DNA from: an uncultured delta proteobacterium
GTDB lineage: Bacteria; Myxococcota_A; Polyangia; Polyangiales; Polyangiaceae
Length of the DNA: 64,000 bases
Assembly: GCA_963841435.1 (NCBI GenBank)
Contig: CAWJCS010000002.1
Location: 832,001-896,000, forward strand
Direction: 5' to 3'
The position numbers and the translations under genes are program-made. Below are positions 9,945 through 21,371 of this stretch, piece by piece (position 1 is the stretch's first letter; each line of letters begins with the position of its first letter). The notes beneath the pieces were generated by a model. The model was not told the DNA's origin. It ran no database searches and saw nothing but the letters and a program-made list of their open reading frames with translations.

Positions 9945-10940
9945 ATGTTTGCTTCGTCCTCGCGCGCGCGCGCGCTTCTGGTCACCGGGGCGTGGGGTCT
10001 CTTGGGATGCGGCGAAAACGCGGGCGACCCGGCGCCGTCGGCGGGAACCGGTGGTGGCTCGGGCGGTGCGCTTTCGGGCGCAGGGGGAGCGGGCCAGGCG
10101 GGGACGGGCGGTACGGCGGGTGGCGGCACCGCGGGCGTCTCGGGTCAAGCAGGCGTCGGTGGCGCGTCGGGCGCGGGCGCTGGAGGCGTCGGTGCTCAGG
10201 CGGGCACGAGTGGCGCGGCGGCGCAAGCGGGCGCGGCCGGCGGCGGCGGAACCGCGGGCGTCGCCACCGTGAGCTACCGAACCGCGATCGCGCCCTTGTT
10301 CGGAGATGCTTGCGTGCCCTGTCACCACACGGGGAGCCTCGTGATGGATATCGAGCACCCGTTCACGCCCGTTTCGGGGCTCGTCGATTCCGACAACACG
10401 TGGGCCATCGCACACCCGGAAGGCAACACGCCTGCGCGGAACGTCGCTCCCGGCGATCCCGACAACAGCTTCTTGATGATGAAGATCGGGCCTGCCAGCC
10501 TCGACGCAGCGACGGCTGGTCAGCCAATGCCGTGGCAGGTTCCCACGCTGACGGACCCGGAGGTTCAGGCCATCAGTGATTGGATCACGGCCGGCGCGCC
10601 GAACGATGCGTCATTCACCGCCACGATCCGCCCGATTCTCGGTACGCTCGGTACGCTGACCGGAAAGTGCATCCACTGTCACTGGCCGGGCGGTCAGATG
10701 CCCAATTTCGACAATCCCTTCGATCCGATCAGCGGGGCGGTCGGGGTCATGAGCGAGACCGTCGAGCAGATGATCATCGCGCCGGGCGACCCGAGTGCGA
10801 GCTTTCTGATGACGAAGGTGACGAGCGCGAGCCTACCGCCCGCCCAGGGCCTGCCGATGCCGGCGCACTTTCGCCGTCTCACCGACGCGGAGGTCGGCCT
10901 CGTCCGCACCTGGATCAGCGAAGGCGCTCAGGACAACTGA
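9945..10940 (+). CDS. Diheme c-type cytochrome lipoprotein with Gly-rich linker
   Basis: Lipobox LLGC, CVPCH and CIHCH, two repeats ending PGDP..SFL..K...MP...WI..GA. Confidence 0.75.
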   Translation: MFASSSRARALLVTGAWGLLGCGENAGDPAPSAGTGGGSGGALSGAGGAGQAGTGGTAGGGTAGVSGQAGVGGASGAGAGGVGAQAGTSGAAAQAGAAGGGGTAGVATVSYRTAIAPLFGDACVPCHHTGSLVMDIEHPFTPVSGLVDSDNTWAIAHPEGNTPARNVAPGDPDNSFLMMKIGPASLDAATAGQPMPWQVPTLTDPEVQAISDWITAGAPNDASFTATIRPILGTLGTLTGKCIHCHWPGGQMPNFDNPFDPISGAVGVMSETVEQMIIAPGDPSASFLMTKVTSASLPPAQGLPMPAHFRRLTDAEVGLVRTWISEGAQDN

Positions 10941-11034
10941 GCGGGCGCGGCGTCTTGCCCCAGCTCCGTGGCCGACACGGGTCGGTCATGCGCGTGGCCG
11001 CGCCGCGTTCCGGGCCGGCGCGTGTCCTGTTACG

Positions 11035-11862
11035 ATGACGCTCGAGACGCGAGGATCGCCAATGAGCCACGAGTTGAAGTCGAGGACTTTGGAAGCACAC
11101 GGTCGCCTTTGGGGTGCGCGCGCGAGGGACTGGGCCGACTTTCAGGAAGGGACGGTTCGCCCGGTTTTTCAGGCCGTGCTCGAGCGCACGGGCGTTGGGA
11201 CGGGAACGGTGTATCTCGATGCCGGCTGTGGCTCGGGCATGGCCGCAGAGATGGCTGCTGCGCGTGGGGCCGAAGTGTCCGGCGTGGACGCGGCGGAGGC
11301 GATGTTGTCGATCGCGCGATCGCGTGTACCGACGGGCGACTTCCGAAAAGGCGATCTGGAGGAACTGCCGTTCGCTGACGAAACCTTCGATGTGGTGACC
11401 GGCTTCAATTCATTGCAGTACGCGGGGAACCCGGTTGCGGCGCTGCGCGAGGTCGGACGTGTCACCAAGCGTGGCGGCTCGGTCGTGGTGATGACCTTCG
11501 GAGACCCGGAGGGCATGGAAGTGGTCGCTTTGCTGACCGCGCTCAAGTCGCTACTGCCACCCCCGCCCCCGGGAGCTCCGGGCCCGTTCGCGCTATCCGA
11601 CGAAGCAGTCCTGCGCCAGTTCGCAACCGACGCAGGGCTGGAACCCATCGAGGTCTTCGACGTCGACAGCCCCTGGATCTATGCGGACGAGGTCGCGGCC
11701 ATGCGTGGTCTGACGTCGACCGGGAACGCGGTCAGGGCGATGGAGCAGATCCCCGAGAAGGTCGTGACCCAAGCCTACGCGAAGGCAATCGCTCCGTTCC
11801 GCCAGTCCGACGGCAGCTATCGCGCGACGGCCTGGTTCCGTTGCCTTTTGGCGCGGCCGTGA
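11035..11862 (+). CDS. Class I SAM-dependent methyltransferase
   Basis: LDAGCGSG motif I, LPFADETFDVV. Confidence 0.85.
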   Translation: MTLETRGSPMSHELKSRTLEAHGRLWGARARDWADFQEGTVRPVFQAVLERTGVGTGTVYLDAGCGSGMAAEMAAARGAEVSGVDAAEAMLSIARSRVPTGDFRKGDLEELPFADETFDVVTGFNSLQYAGNPVAALREVGRVTKRGGSVVVMTFGDPEGMEVVALLTALKSLLPPPPPGAPGPFALSDEAVLRQFATDAGLEPIEVFDVDSPWIYADEVAAMRGLTSTGNAVRAMEQIPEKVVTQAYAKAIAPFRQSDGSYRATAWFRCLLARP

Positions 11863-11961
11863 GTCCCCATCACGCGGCGCGGCTCGGTCCCTCCGGGCGC
11901 CCAGGTCGAAGGTGCTTGCTCGGTTGCGGGCTTTCCCGTGACCTGGATTGAATTTGGTAGA

Positions 11962-12160
11962 CGGGGCGTCCGTGGGACCTGTTGCCGTTGGCGGCTCCGT
12001 CGTGCAGATGTCGGCAGGCGACGCTCACACCTGTGTGCTCCTGACGACGGGCGCCGTCCGCTGCTGGGGTCTCGGAGAGCACGGACCGCTCGGCTACGGC
12101 AACGTGAACGACGTCGGCGACGACGAAACGCCCGCGTCGGCGGGGGACGTGCCCGCCTTT
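11962..12160 (+). pseudogene. RCC1-repeat protein fragment
   Basis: QMSAGDAHTCVLLTTGAVRCWGLGEHGPLGYG single RCC1 repeat without credible start. Confidence 0.65.
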
Positions 12161-12354
12161 TGGTCGCCATTCATTGCCAAATGCTCGGCAAGTGACCCGC
12201 CCTGGCCGTGCTCGATGAGGACCGGCCGATTCGCTAGCCTGGTCCCGGCTGGATCTTCGGGGAGCCCTTGATGAGCTCGGGGTGACACTGCCAGCTTCCG
12301 CCGCCCAGCCGTCTGAGACACCAAGTAGGCCGTCCGAGCGGTACAGCCGGGTGC

Positions 12355-12850
12355 CTAGGTGACACTTTCTGGGTTGTTTGGGAGCACGGACCGGGCGTGG
12401 GTCAGGTGTCGCGCGAGCTCCGCGCCGAGCTCGCGTTCGGACCCCTCCTCTCCCGCGAGAGCCGTAACGCGGGCGGCAGGATACGGTCCGTCCAGGGCTT
12501 CTAAGAATCGCGTCGTAGTCGGTGAGGAGATTCGAGCTCTGGCGGTTCGGATCGAGGGCTTTCTCCTGCTGGCGCAACGCCGGAAGCGACTTTGGACCGC
12601 TGCCATCGCGAGCGTGAGCGCGGCCTGCGTCTTCGCTGCGTCGAGGCGCGCCACGGACTTCTCGAGCGCCGCGAGCACGACCTCGTGCTGCTGCCTGTGC
12701 TGACGTTGTAAAAGAGCCGTCGGAGTCTAAGGAGACCAACGGGGGGGCGGGAAATCGCGGGGAGGCGAAGGCGCCATTCGCGGTTTCTAGAAACCTCGCT
12801 GAACCGCAATCCACAAGAGCAGGCACAGGACGCACGCAATACCGAGCATT
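12355..12850 (-). pseudogene. Frameshifted hypothetical (possible lipoprotein)
   Basis: Protein-like segments alternate between frames (MLGIACVL.../VVLAALEKSVARL.../QQEKALDPNRQSS.../EALDGPY...). Confidence 0.35.
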
Positions 12851-13176
12851 GCTAGGGCGTCATCGGGCAGATCGTTGCCGCGCGTGACGCCGCCTTCGAC
12901 CTCGACGTGGACCATCCTCTGCTTCTTCTTCACGCGCTCGATATCGTGCTTGCGCCAGCGGCCCGGCCCGCAGGCTGGATCGCGCAAGATCGCCCGCGGC
13001 AACGACGTCTTCACGCTCCGGCTCCGCCCGCCAAGTGAGGAGAGCCTCCCCATCTCTCCGCTCGGTACGCGCGTCGCGTGACCAGCGCGATCGAGAGAGT
13101 CCGATGGCTTCTCGGAGCGCCGCGCCGAAACGAGGACGAGGCACCTGGCGAATGCGCCATGCGCGGCTCGGCGGCC

Positions 13177-13545
13177 CTACGCGCTCAAGGCTTCGAGCGC
13201 CGTGCCGAGGCCGAGCGAGAGCCCATTCGCGAGGCCCGAGAGTGCGACGGCACGAGTCCAACCGATATTGCGGAGCGTGAGCGCGTACAACAGCGCTTCG
13301 GCAGCGAACGCAAACAGCTCCGAGAGCCAGAGGCCCAGCTCTGGAGACGCGCGAAACAGCGGGGGGAAGGCGAACCACACGAGCGGGTGGGTGAGCACCT
13401 GGGCGAGGAGCGCCACCGCGAGGCGCCTCGGGAGTGGAAGGCCAAGGTCGCGCGTGCCGAGCGTCATGACGGGGAGCTCGACGAGCACGGTGAGCGCGAA
13501 GGCGACGGCCCAGGTCAGCGTTTGGTCAGGCTGCGGCGGATCCAC
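13177..13545 (-). CDS. Small multi-TM membrane protein
   Basis: FALTVLVELP, LTHPLVWF, ELFAFAAE, ANGLSLGLG; four hydrophobic segments. Confidence 0.7.
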   Translation of the reverse strand: MDPPQPDQTLTWAVAFALTVLVELPVMTLGTRDLGLPLPRRLAVALLAQVLTHPLVWFAFPPLFRASPELGLWLSELFAFAAEALLYALTLRNIGWTRAVALSGLANGLSLGLGTALEALSA

Positions 13546-14513
13546 GAAGCGCGCTCCCGCGCATCAGCAGGTAGCCGCCCGCAGCAAGCTCCAGGTAGCC
13601 ATGAAAGGTCGCGACGGAGAGGTAGAGCTGGCGGGTGCGGTGAGCGTCGATGAACGACGCGCCGACGATTGCCAGCGCACCGAGAACGACCAGCCAGAGC
13701 AGGGGGCGGCCGAGGTCCTCGGCGACTGCCACGAGCATCCCACGGGCACCGGTTCCCGCCTTGTTCGTGTCGGCGAGCGGCACCCACGCGAGCCAGACCC
13801 GTAGTGGATGAGCTGCAGAAAGACATAGCTGAGGGCGAGCCCCACCGTGGCGCTCTTCGGCCACGCGGGCAGCGCCAGCGAAGTCTCCGCGAGCACGCGT
13901 TCGTTCCAGGCCGTGGCGACGAAAGCACCGGCGCTGGGTGCGTCAGGAACAACAGCACCGCTGCCGCAACGAGCAGCGCGAGAGGCGCCGCCGTGACGCG
14001 GCCCCGTGGACGAAAGAGCCACCACCAGAGCGCCACGCCTGCCAGGTTGTGGAAATGCGCAAAAACCAGGCGGGCGCTGAAAGGGAACGCGACGGCCCCG
14101 ATGCCAGCGAGCGCGACGAGGGCCGGCAACGCGCGGAGCCGCTGGCCCGTCGCGTCGGCCGCTCCGGCGAAGAACGCGACGGTCACGAGCGAGAACCCCA
14201 GGCCAACCTCCAGGTGTGCCCAGAGGGCGCCAGCCGGCAGTGCTGCCTCGAGACCACGTATCGCCACGAGGGCAGCCGACACGGCGAGGATCGCGACCGA
14301 GAGCTCACGGGGCAAACGCCGCCGGGCGACGAGGTACCGGTAGTCGGACGCCACGTGCACGACGCCAAAGAGTGCCGGTGCCAGCACGAACGGCACCCCT
14401 GGGCACGCAACCACGAGCAGAAGGGCACCGAGCGCCCAGAGCCAAACCGCGAGCATGACGCGCCGTTCAGCGCTTTCGCCGTACGCCGCGACCTCGAGGG
14501 CGCCCGCGGTCAT
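13526..14513 (-). CDS. His-motif polytopic membrane protein (frameshifted)
   Basis: FGVVHVASD, HFHNL, FLQLIHY, FHGYLEL spread over three frames; many TM helices. Confidence 0.6.
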
Positions 14514-14728
14514 CCCCGCGTGCGAGCCCTGGAGCGGCGACTACGCTCGACGAAGAGCAGCGTGAGGCCGCTGAAGGCGAGCACCGCGGCGAGGGCGCTG
14601 CGCCCGAAATGCGTGTGCCCGGGGACCTCGCAACCGCAAGGAGACACGTCCGCGCGCGCAACGTTGGTCACGAAGAAGAGCGCAACGCCCACCATGGTGC
14701 TCTTTGCCCCAGAATGGAAAGCTCCCAT
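14510..14728 (-). CDS. Minimal signal peptide + MYXO-CTERM-like protein
   Basis: VARA-DV cleavage site, CGCEVPG, TM, RSRRSR tail; ATGA overlap with next gene. Confidence 0.55.
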   Translation of the reverse strand: MGAFHSGAKSTMVGVALFFVTNVARADVSPCGCEVPGHTHFGRSALAAVLAFSGLTLLFVERSRRSRARTRG

Positions 14729-15099
14729 GCGCCAGCATACACTCGGAATCGGCCCCATTGCAAGTCCCCCGGCCGCCTCCGAGCAGCCGTGGCTACGACC
14801 GCGCGCGCATCCAGGCCATCGCCGATCGGGCCCAGATCAACAAGGCGATGCTGCACTACCTAAGGGTGCCAAGTCTTGCTAACCGCCGTTCTGAGGATCC
14901 AAGGGCCTTCTATGGAAGCCGACCAGTTGCCGTGGCTTCCACGCGGCCGCCTGTCCGGCAGCGGCGGGTCGGCGAACCCCGAAGCCTCGGCCATCGCTTC
15001 AGCGGCCGGGCGCGCGGTGACTGCCGCGAAGCCGCCGTGCCCTGCAAAAAGCCCCGTCAAAAGTCGGGCGTCTGCGTGGGCATTATCGGGCTCGGGAGC

Positions 15100-15583
15100 C
15101 CATGCCCGCCCACCACTCAAAAGCTCACCGTCACGGTGGGGGCCGGCTCCAATACTTGCGATGCCGACTTCACGTTCATGCCGATCTCTACCGGTGGCGG
15201 GTGGGTGATCCCCACCGACGACCGTGGACGGCGTTCACTACGATTTCCAGAGCGCCGGCGAGTTCACGGCCCTCCGCGAAGATGGGTTCGTGGTCCAGAC
15301 GCGGCAGAGCCCGGTGCCGACGGCCACGGTGCCGATCACCAACGCGTACACCGGCATCGCGCACTGCGTGGCCATCTACACCGCCGTGGCGGCCAAGCTC
15401 GGCACGTCGCGCGTGACGGTGCAGCCCAGTCCCGGCGCGGAGCCCGACCCAGCTCGTCGTGACCTCGAGCTTTTGGAACGCCCAAAAGCTCTGGTACCTC
15501 AACGTCAACGTCTACGGAACCTCGGCGCACGAGGGCACGATGGGCAAGCTCGCGCCGGCGGCCAAGGAAAGCAACTGGGATAA
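15100..15583 (+). pseudogene. VWD (von Willebrand factor D)-like domain fragment
   Basis: GDPH then DGVHYDFQSAGEF...VQTRQ motifs, broken frames. Confidence 0.6.
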
Positions 15584-15799
15584 GGGAGGGACGGGAGCGG
15601 GAGAGTGTGCACCGTTTCGCTGACACGGGCGGGGCAGCGCGGGCGGACGCACGAGCGGGACCACGGTGCTCGCCGTCTTGCTCGTCCTCAACGGCGCCCC
15701 AGGCTGGCGCCGTGTACCGCGCCCGGCCTCACCTCCGGGCGCGGTCCTTCCGGAACGCGCGACGCCGATCTACGCTCGCTTTGAGCCGCCTGCCAAGGC

Positions 15800-16792
15800 T
15801 CAGCCTTTGATGAAGGCGAGCAGTTCCGGGTTGATGACGTCGGCATGCGTGGTGAGCATCCCGTGGGGAAAGCCCTTGTAGACTTTGAGCCTGCCGTTCT
15901 TCGGCAGCTTAATCGACTTCGAGCGCAGCGTCTGCGATCGGCACGATCTGATCGTCGTCACCATGCAAAACCAATGTCGGCACGGTGATCGCCTTTAGAT
16001 CTCCTGTCTGGTCGGTCTCCGAGAACGCCTTGATTTCATCGTAGTGCGCCTTGGCGCTGCCCATCATCCCCTGACGCCACCAGTTCTGGATCACACCGGG
16101 GTAGACCTTCACGCCCTCGCGATTGAAACCGTAGAACGCGCCGGCCGCCACATCGAGAAAGAGCTGTGCTCGGTTGTCCGCGACTCCCTTGCGAAAGCCG
16201 TCGAACACCTCCATCGGTAATCCTCGGGGTTGCTGCTGGTCTTCAACATCAGCGGAGGCACTGCGCTCACGAGCACGGCTTTGGCGACGCGCCCGGCGGG
16301 TTGACCGTACTTTGCGACATATCGGGCGACCTCGCCGCCGCCCGTCGAGTGACCGATATGGATGACCTTCTTCAGGTCGAGTTTCTCCACTACCGCGAAG
16401 GCATCGGCGGCGTAGTGCTCGATGTCGTGGCCGTCACTGACCTGAGCCGAGCGACCGTGCCCGCGACGGTCATGGGCGACGACTCGGTAGCCATGCTGTA
16501 CGAAAAACAGCATCTGAGCATCCCAATCGTCGGAAGAAAGCGGCCAGCCATGATGAAACATGATTGGCTGATCCTCCTTCGAACCCCAGTCCTTGTAGAA
16601 GAGCTCGATGCCGTCTTTGCTGGTAACTGTGCTCATCGTAATTGGTTCTTTCAGGGTGCTGAGGGAAGCGCGCGGTTGAGCGGGGATCGAAGCCGCGTTG
16701 GGCATGCATGTGAGCATCGTGAGGCCGGCACCGCCGAGCAGAATATCCCGCCGAGTCGCGCTGGTTTCCAGGAATGATGGGGGATTGGTCAT
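15800..16792 (-). CDS. Non-heme haloperoxidase / alpha-beta hydrolase (frameshifted)
   Basis: FYKDWG, HGWPLSSDDW, DRRGHGRS, GHSTGGGE, HGDDDQIVP, PHG; indels near 16217 and 15910; possible Tat leader TRRDIL, alternative start 16636. Confidence 0.8.
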
Positions 16793-17549
16793 GAGCCCTT
16801 TATGTCTTCGAGTGCGTGACGCGCTCCCCCCAGTGCACGCTTCATGCCTGCGCCTTGCCGCGATATTTCAGCGCAGATCCACCGAGCTGACCACGCCGCG
16901 CGCGGCAATCAGCTGACGAATCCTTGGCACGAAGGCGGCGGACCGGCACGCGCGGCAGGGCACGCTCGTGCGGCGCCAAGGGAGATCGACTGGAAGAATC
17001 GGGGCGATGTTTGGCCTCAGAGGGCGCCCAGGTGCGCAAGACGATGACGATGGCGCCCTCGCTGGCTGGCACGCTGCATGCTCTTTCTCGGGGCTCGGAG
17101 GAACGACATGCCGAGCCAGCGATGCCCTCGAAAACGTGACGACTCATGGACGCCCTTCACTGTCCAACGCTTCGCTCCCGGAGCAACGACGCTGGATGAG
17201 GCGTCATGTGGCGCTTCGCGGTCCTCTTCGGCGCCCGTCGAGGCTAGGGCGTCCAAAGCGACTACGCCGTCGAGCGGCGACGATCCCGGGTTGACGTAAG
17301 GCGCGCATGTGCGATCCGGGCCGCTGGCTTCTGAGCAGTCTCTTCGCGGCGCCGAGCGTGTTTTTCTTCACTCGGCTCTTCCGAGCCGCGGTCACGATCC
17401 GCCGGCGGGATCGATCTTCTCGGACTTGGGACCGACTCCTCGCGCGCGTGGTCGGACGGGCGCGGTCACGAGGGGACTCGTGGCGAGCGGGCGTGTGCGG
17501 GTGGGCGTCTCCCGACGACCACGCCCGCGCTCGCGGTGGGCGTGAGGCC

Positions 17550-17850
17550 CACGATGTACTGGTGCACGGTGCCTACTGCGCGGCGTGAGGATGATGCAGC
17601 GTACGTGGCAGACTGAGACCGGCGGGACGGTGTGCTGGTCGGGCACTCCTACGGCGGCAGCGTCATCAGGGCAGCGGCGATGGGCAAGAAGAACGTCATC
17701 GCGTTCGCCCCGGAGGCTGGCGAAACGGCGATCGGCCTCTCCGGGAAATTCCCCGGAGCCACGCTCGGTGAGGCGCTCGCCCCTCCCGTACCGCTCGGGA
17801 ACGGCAAGATGGACTTGTACATCGAGCAGAGCAAGTTTCGCCTCCAGTTG
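17550..17850 (+). pseudogene. Alpha/beta hydrolase fragment
   Basis: VLVHGAY, LVGHSYGGSVI, AFAPEAGE motifs with deletions. Confidence 0.6.
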
Positions 17851-17892
17851 CAGTGCTCGGGTGCAACGTCGCGAGTCATCTCAGAAAAAGGC

Positions 17893-17913
17893 GGCGTCCC
17901 CAACGGGATTCGA
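17893..17913 (-). other. tRNA 3'-end remnant (tRNA-Glu-like), possible old att site
   Basis: Minus strand TCGAATCCCGTTGGGGACGCC resembles T-loop plus acceptor strand. Confidence 0.45.
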
Positions 17914-18023
17914 GCGCTAGTGAACACCGCGGAGATGGCAGAATTTGTGCCGATTCGAGTGCGGGTGGTGGCGTGCCCCGGGGGTCGCACGGTCGCTCCG
18001 AGATCAGGTAGAATAGCGAGACC

Positions 18024-18263
18024 ATGAGCGCGCCTGGTCCGGACGACGCAGCGACACGCGCGCAGGCTAGGCGGCAGCGCATGACCCTCCGAAAGACGCG
18101 CCTCGGCGAGCCAGAAGTCAACCTGAGCCCCGTGTTCGGCGCCGAAGCCGTCTCCTTGGTCTACCGGTTGACGCGCACGAGCTACAGCCTCGCCCGGGAC
18201 GCCCAACCCGCCTACACGCGCGCCAACATGCCCTACAGGTTCGTGCCCAGGCGCGCGACTTGA
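18024..18263 (+). CDS. Small hypothetical protein coupled to nucleotidyltransferase
   Basis: 79 aa, 4-bp overlap with the downstream NTase. Confidence 0.6.
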   Translation: MSAPGPDDAATRAQARRQRMTLRKTRLGEPEVNLSPVFGAEAVSLVYRLTRTSYSLARDAQPAYTRANMPYRFVPRRAT

Positions 18264-18718
18264 TCGAGCTTCCGGAAGATTTTCGCGATCTGCTGCTCGC
18301 GCTGCACGACGCCGGCGCGGCGTTCGTGGTGCTCGGCGGACACGCGGTCGCCTTCCACGGGCACCCTCGCGCGACGAAGGACTTGGACGTGCTGGTGCGA
18401 GCTGACCGTGCGAATGCGAACTTGGTCTATCGCGCGCTCGCCGCGTTCGGCGCGCCGCTGTCCGCATTCGAGGTCGGGGAAGCGGACTTCGCGACCTATG
18501 ACGGCGTACTGCAGATGGGCGTGCCACCGCTTCGTATCGACATCCTGAACCGGGCCGACGGCATTACGTTCGATGAAGCCGTCGCCGACGGAGAAAGCTT
18601 CGACCTCGAGGGGCGTCAGATCCCGGTCATCGGGCGGCCGGCGTTGCTCAAGAACAAGAGAGCAGCGGGCCGCGAGCAAGACCTCGCAGACGTGAAAGCC
18701 CTCGAACGCATCAAGTGA
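18260..18718 (+). CDS. Pol beta-superfamily nucleotidyltransferase
   Basis: VVLGGHAVAFHGHPRATKDLD, RIDIL, KNKRAAGREQDLAD. Confidence 0.8.
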   Translation: MIELPEDFRDLLLALHDAGAAFVVLGGHAVAFHGHPRATKDLDVLVRADRANANLVYRALAAFGAPLSAFEVGEADFATYDGVLQMGVPPLRIDILNRADGITFDEAVADGESFDLEGRQIPVIGRPALLKNKRAAGREQDLADVKALERIK

Positions 18719-18846
18719 TCCGCGACAGCGAAACCGCCCTCCCTGATAATCTTTGTGATTTAGGGAGGGCATTTTGCCGATGGCTCGGGCTGCTGCGCGC
18801 TGGGCGCGCTTTTCGTAGAATCCCACGCCATGTTTGGCGCGACGGT

Positions 18847-19326
18847 GATTGTATTTGGTAGAAAGCGCGCCCGAAAGGATTCGCCACCGTCGGCCCAGTT
18901 TGTAACCTTGCGGTACGTCAAGCTGCAGACAGCGCTGCGGAGTCGGACGAAGGTCGAATCCGGTTGTGCAGGCGCAGGGCTTTGACGCGACCTGGATTGA
19001 ATTTGGTAGAAAGCGCGCCCGAAAGGATTCGCCACCGTCGGCCCAGTTTGTAACCTTGCGGTACGTCAAGCTGCAGACAGCGCTGCGGAGTCGGACGAAG
19101 GTCGAATCCGGTTGTGCAGGCGCAGGGCTTTGACGCGACCTGGATTGAATTTGGTAGAAAGCGCGCCCGAAAGGATTCGCCACCGTCGGCCCAGTTTGTA
19201 ACCTTGCGGTACATCAAGCTGCAGACAGCGCTGCGGAGTCGGACGAAGGTCGAATCCGGTTGTGCAGTCGCAGGGCATTTGCGCGACTGGATTGTATTTG
19301 GTAGAAAGCGCGCCCGAAAGGATTCG
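18847..19326. repeat. Tandem array of ~148-bp units (3 full + partial), each carrying 19 bp matching the tRNA-Arg 3' end
   Basis: Units start 18847, 18995, 19143, 19290; GCGCGCCCGAAAGGATTCG at 18865, 19013, 19161, 19308. Confidence 0.95.
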
Positions 19327-19350
19327 AACCTTTGACCTACGGCTCTGGAG
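19308..19350 (-). repeat. att site: 43-bp copy of tRNA-Arg 3' part
   Basis: Matches 30864-30906 with one mismatch (19346). Confidence 0.9.

Positions 19351-21371
<2,021 letters not shown>

Noticed and set aside
18233-19335. ORFs reading through the tandem array
   Set aside because: Unit length is not a multiple of 3, so the repeated peptides appear in shifting frames; no coding signature
18847-19350. CRISPR array
   Set aside because: Whole 148-bp units repeat, there are no unique spacers, and no cas genes are seen
19308-19350. Second tRNA gene (CCA anticodon)
   Set aside because: Only the 3' part from the anticodon loop is present; treated as an att copy, although the homopolymer hides adjacent sequence
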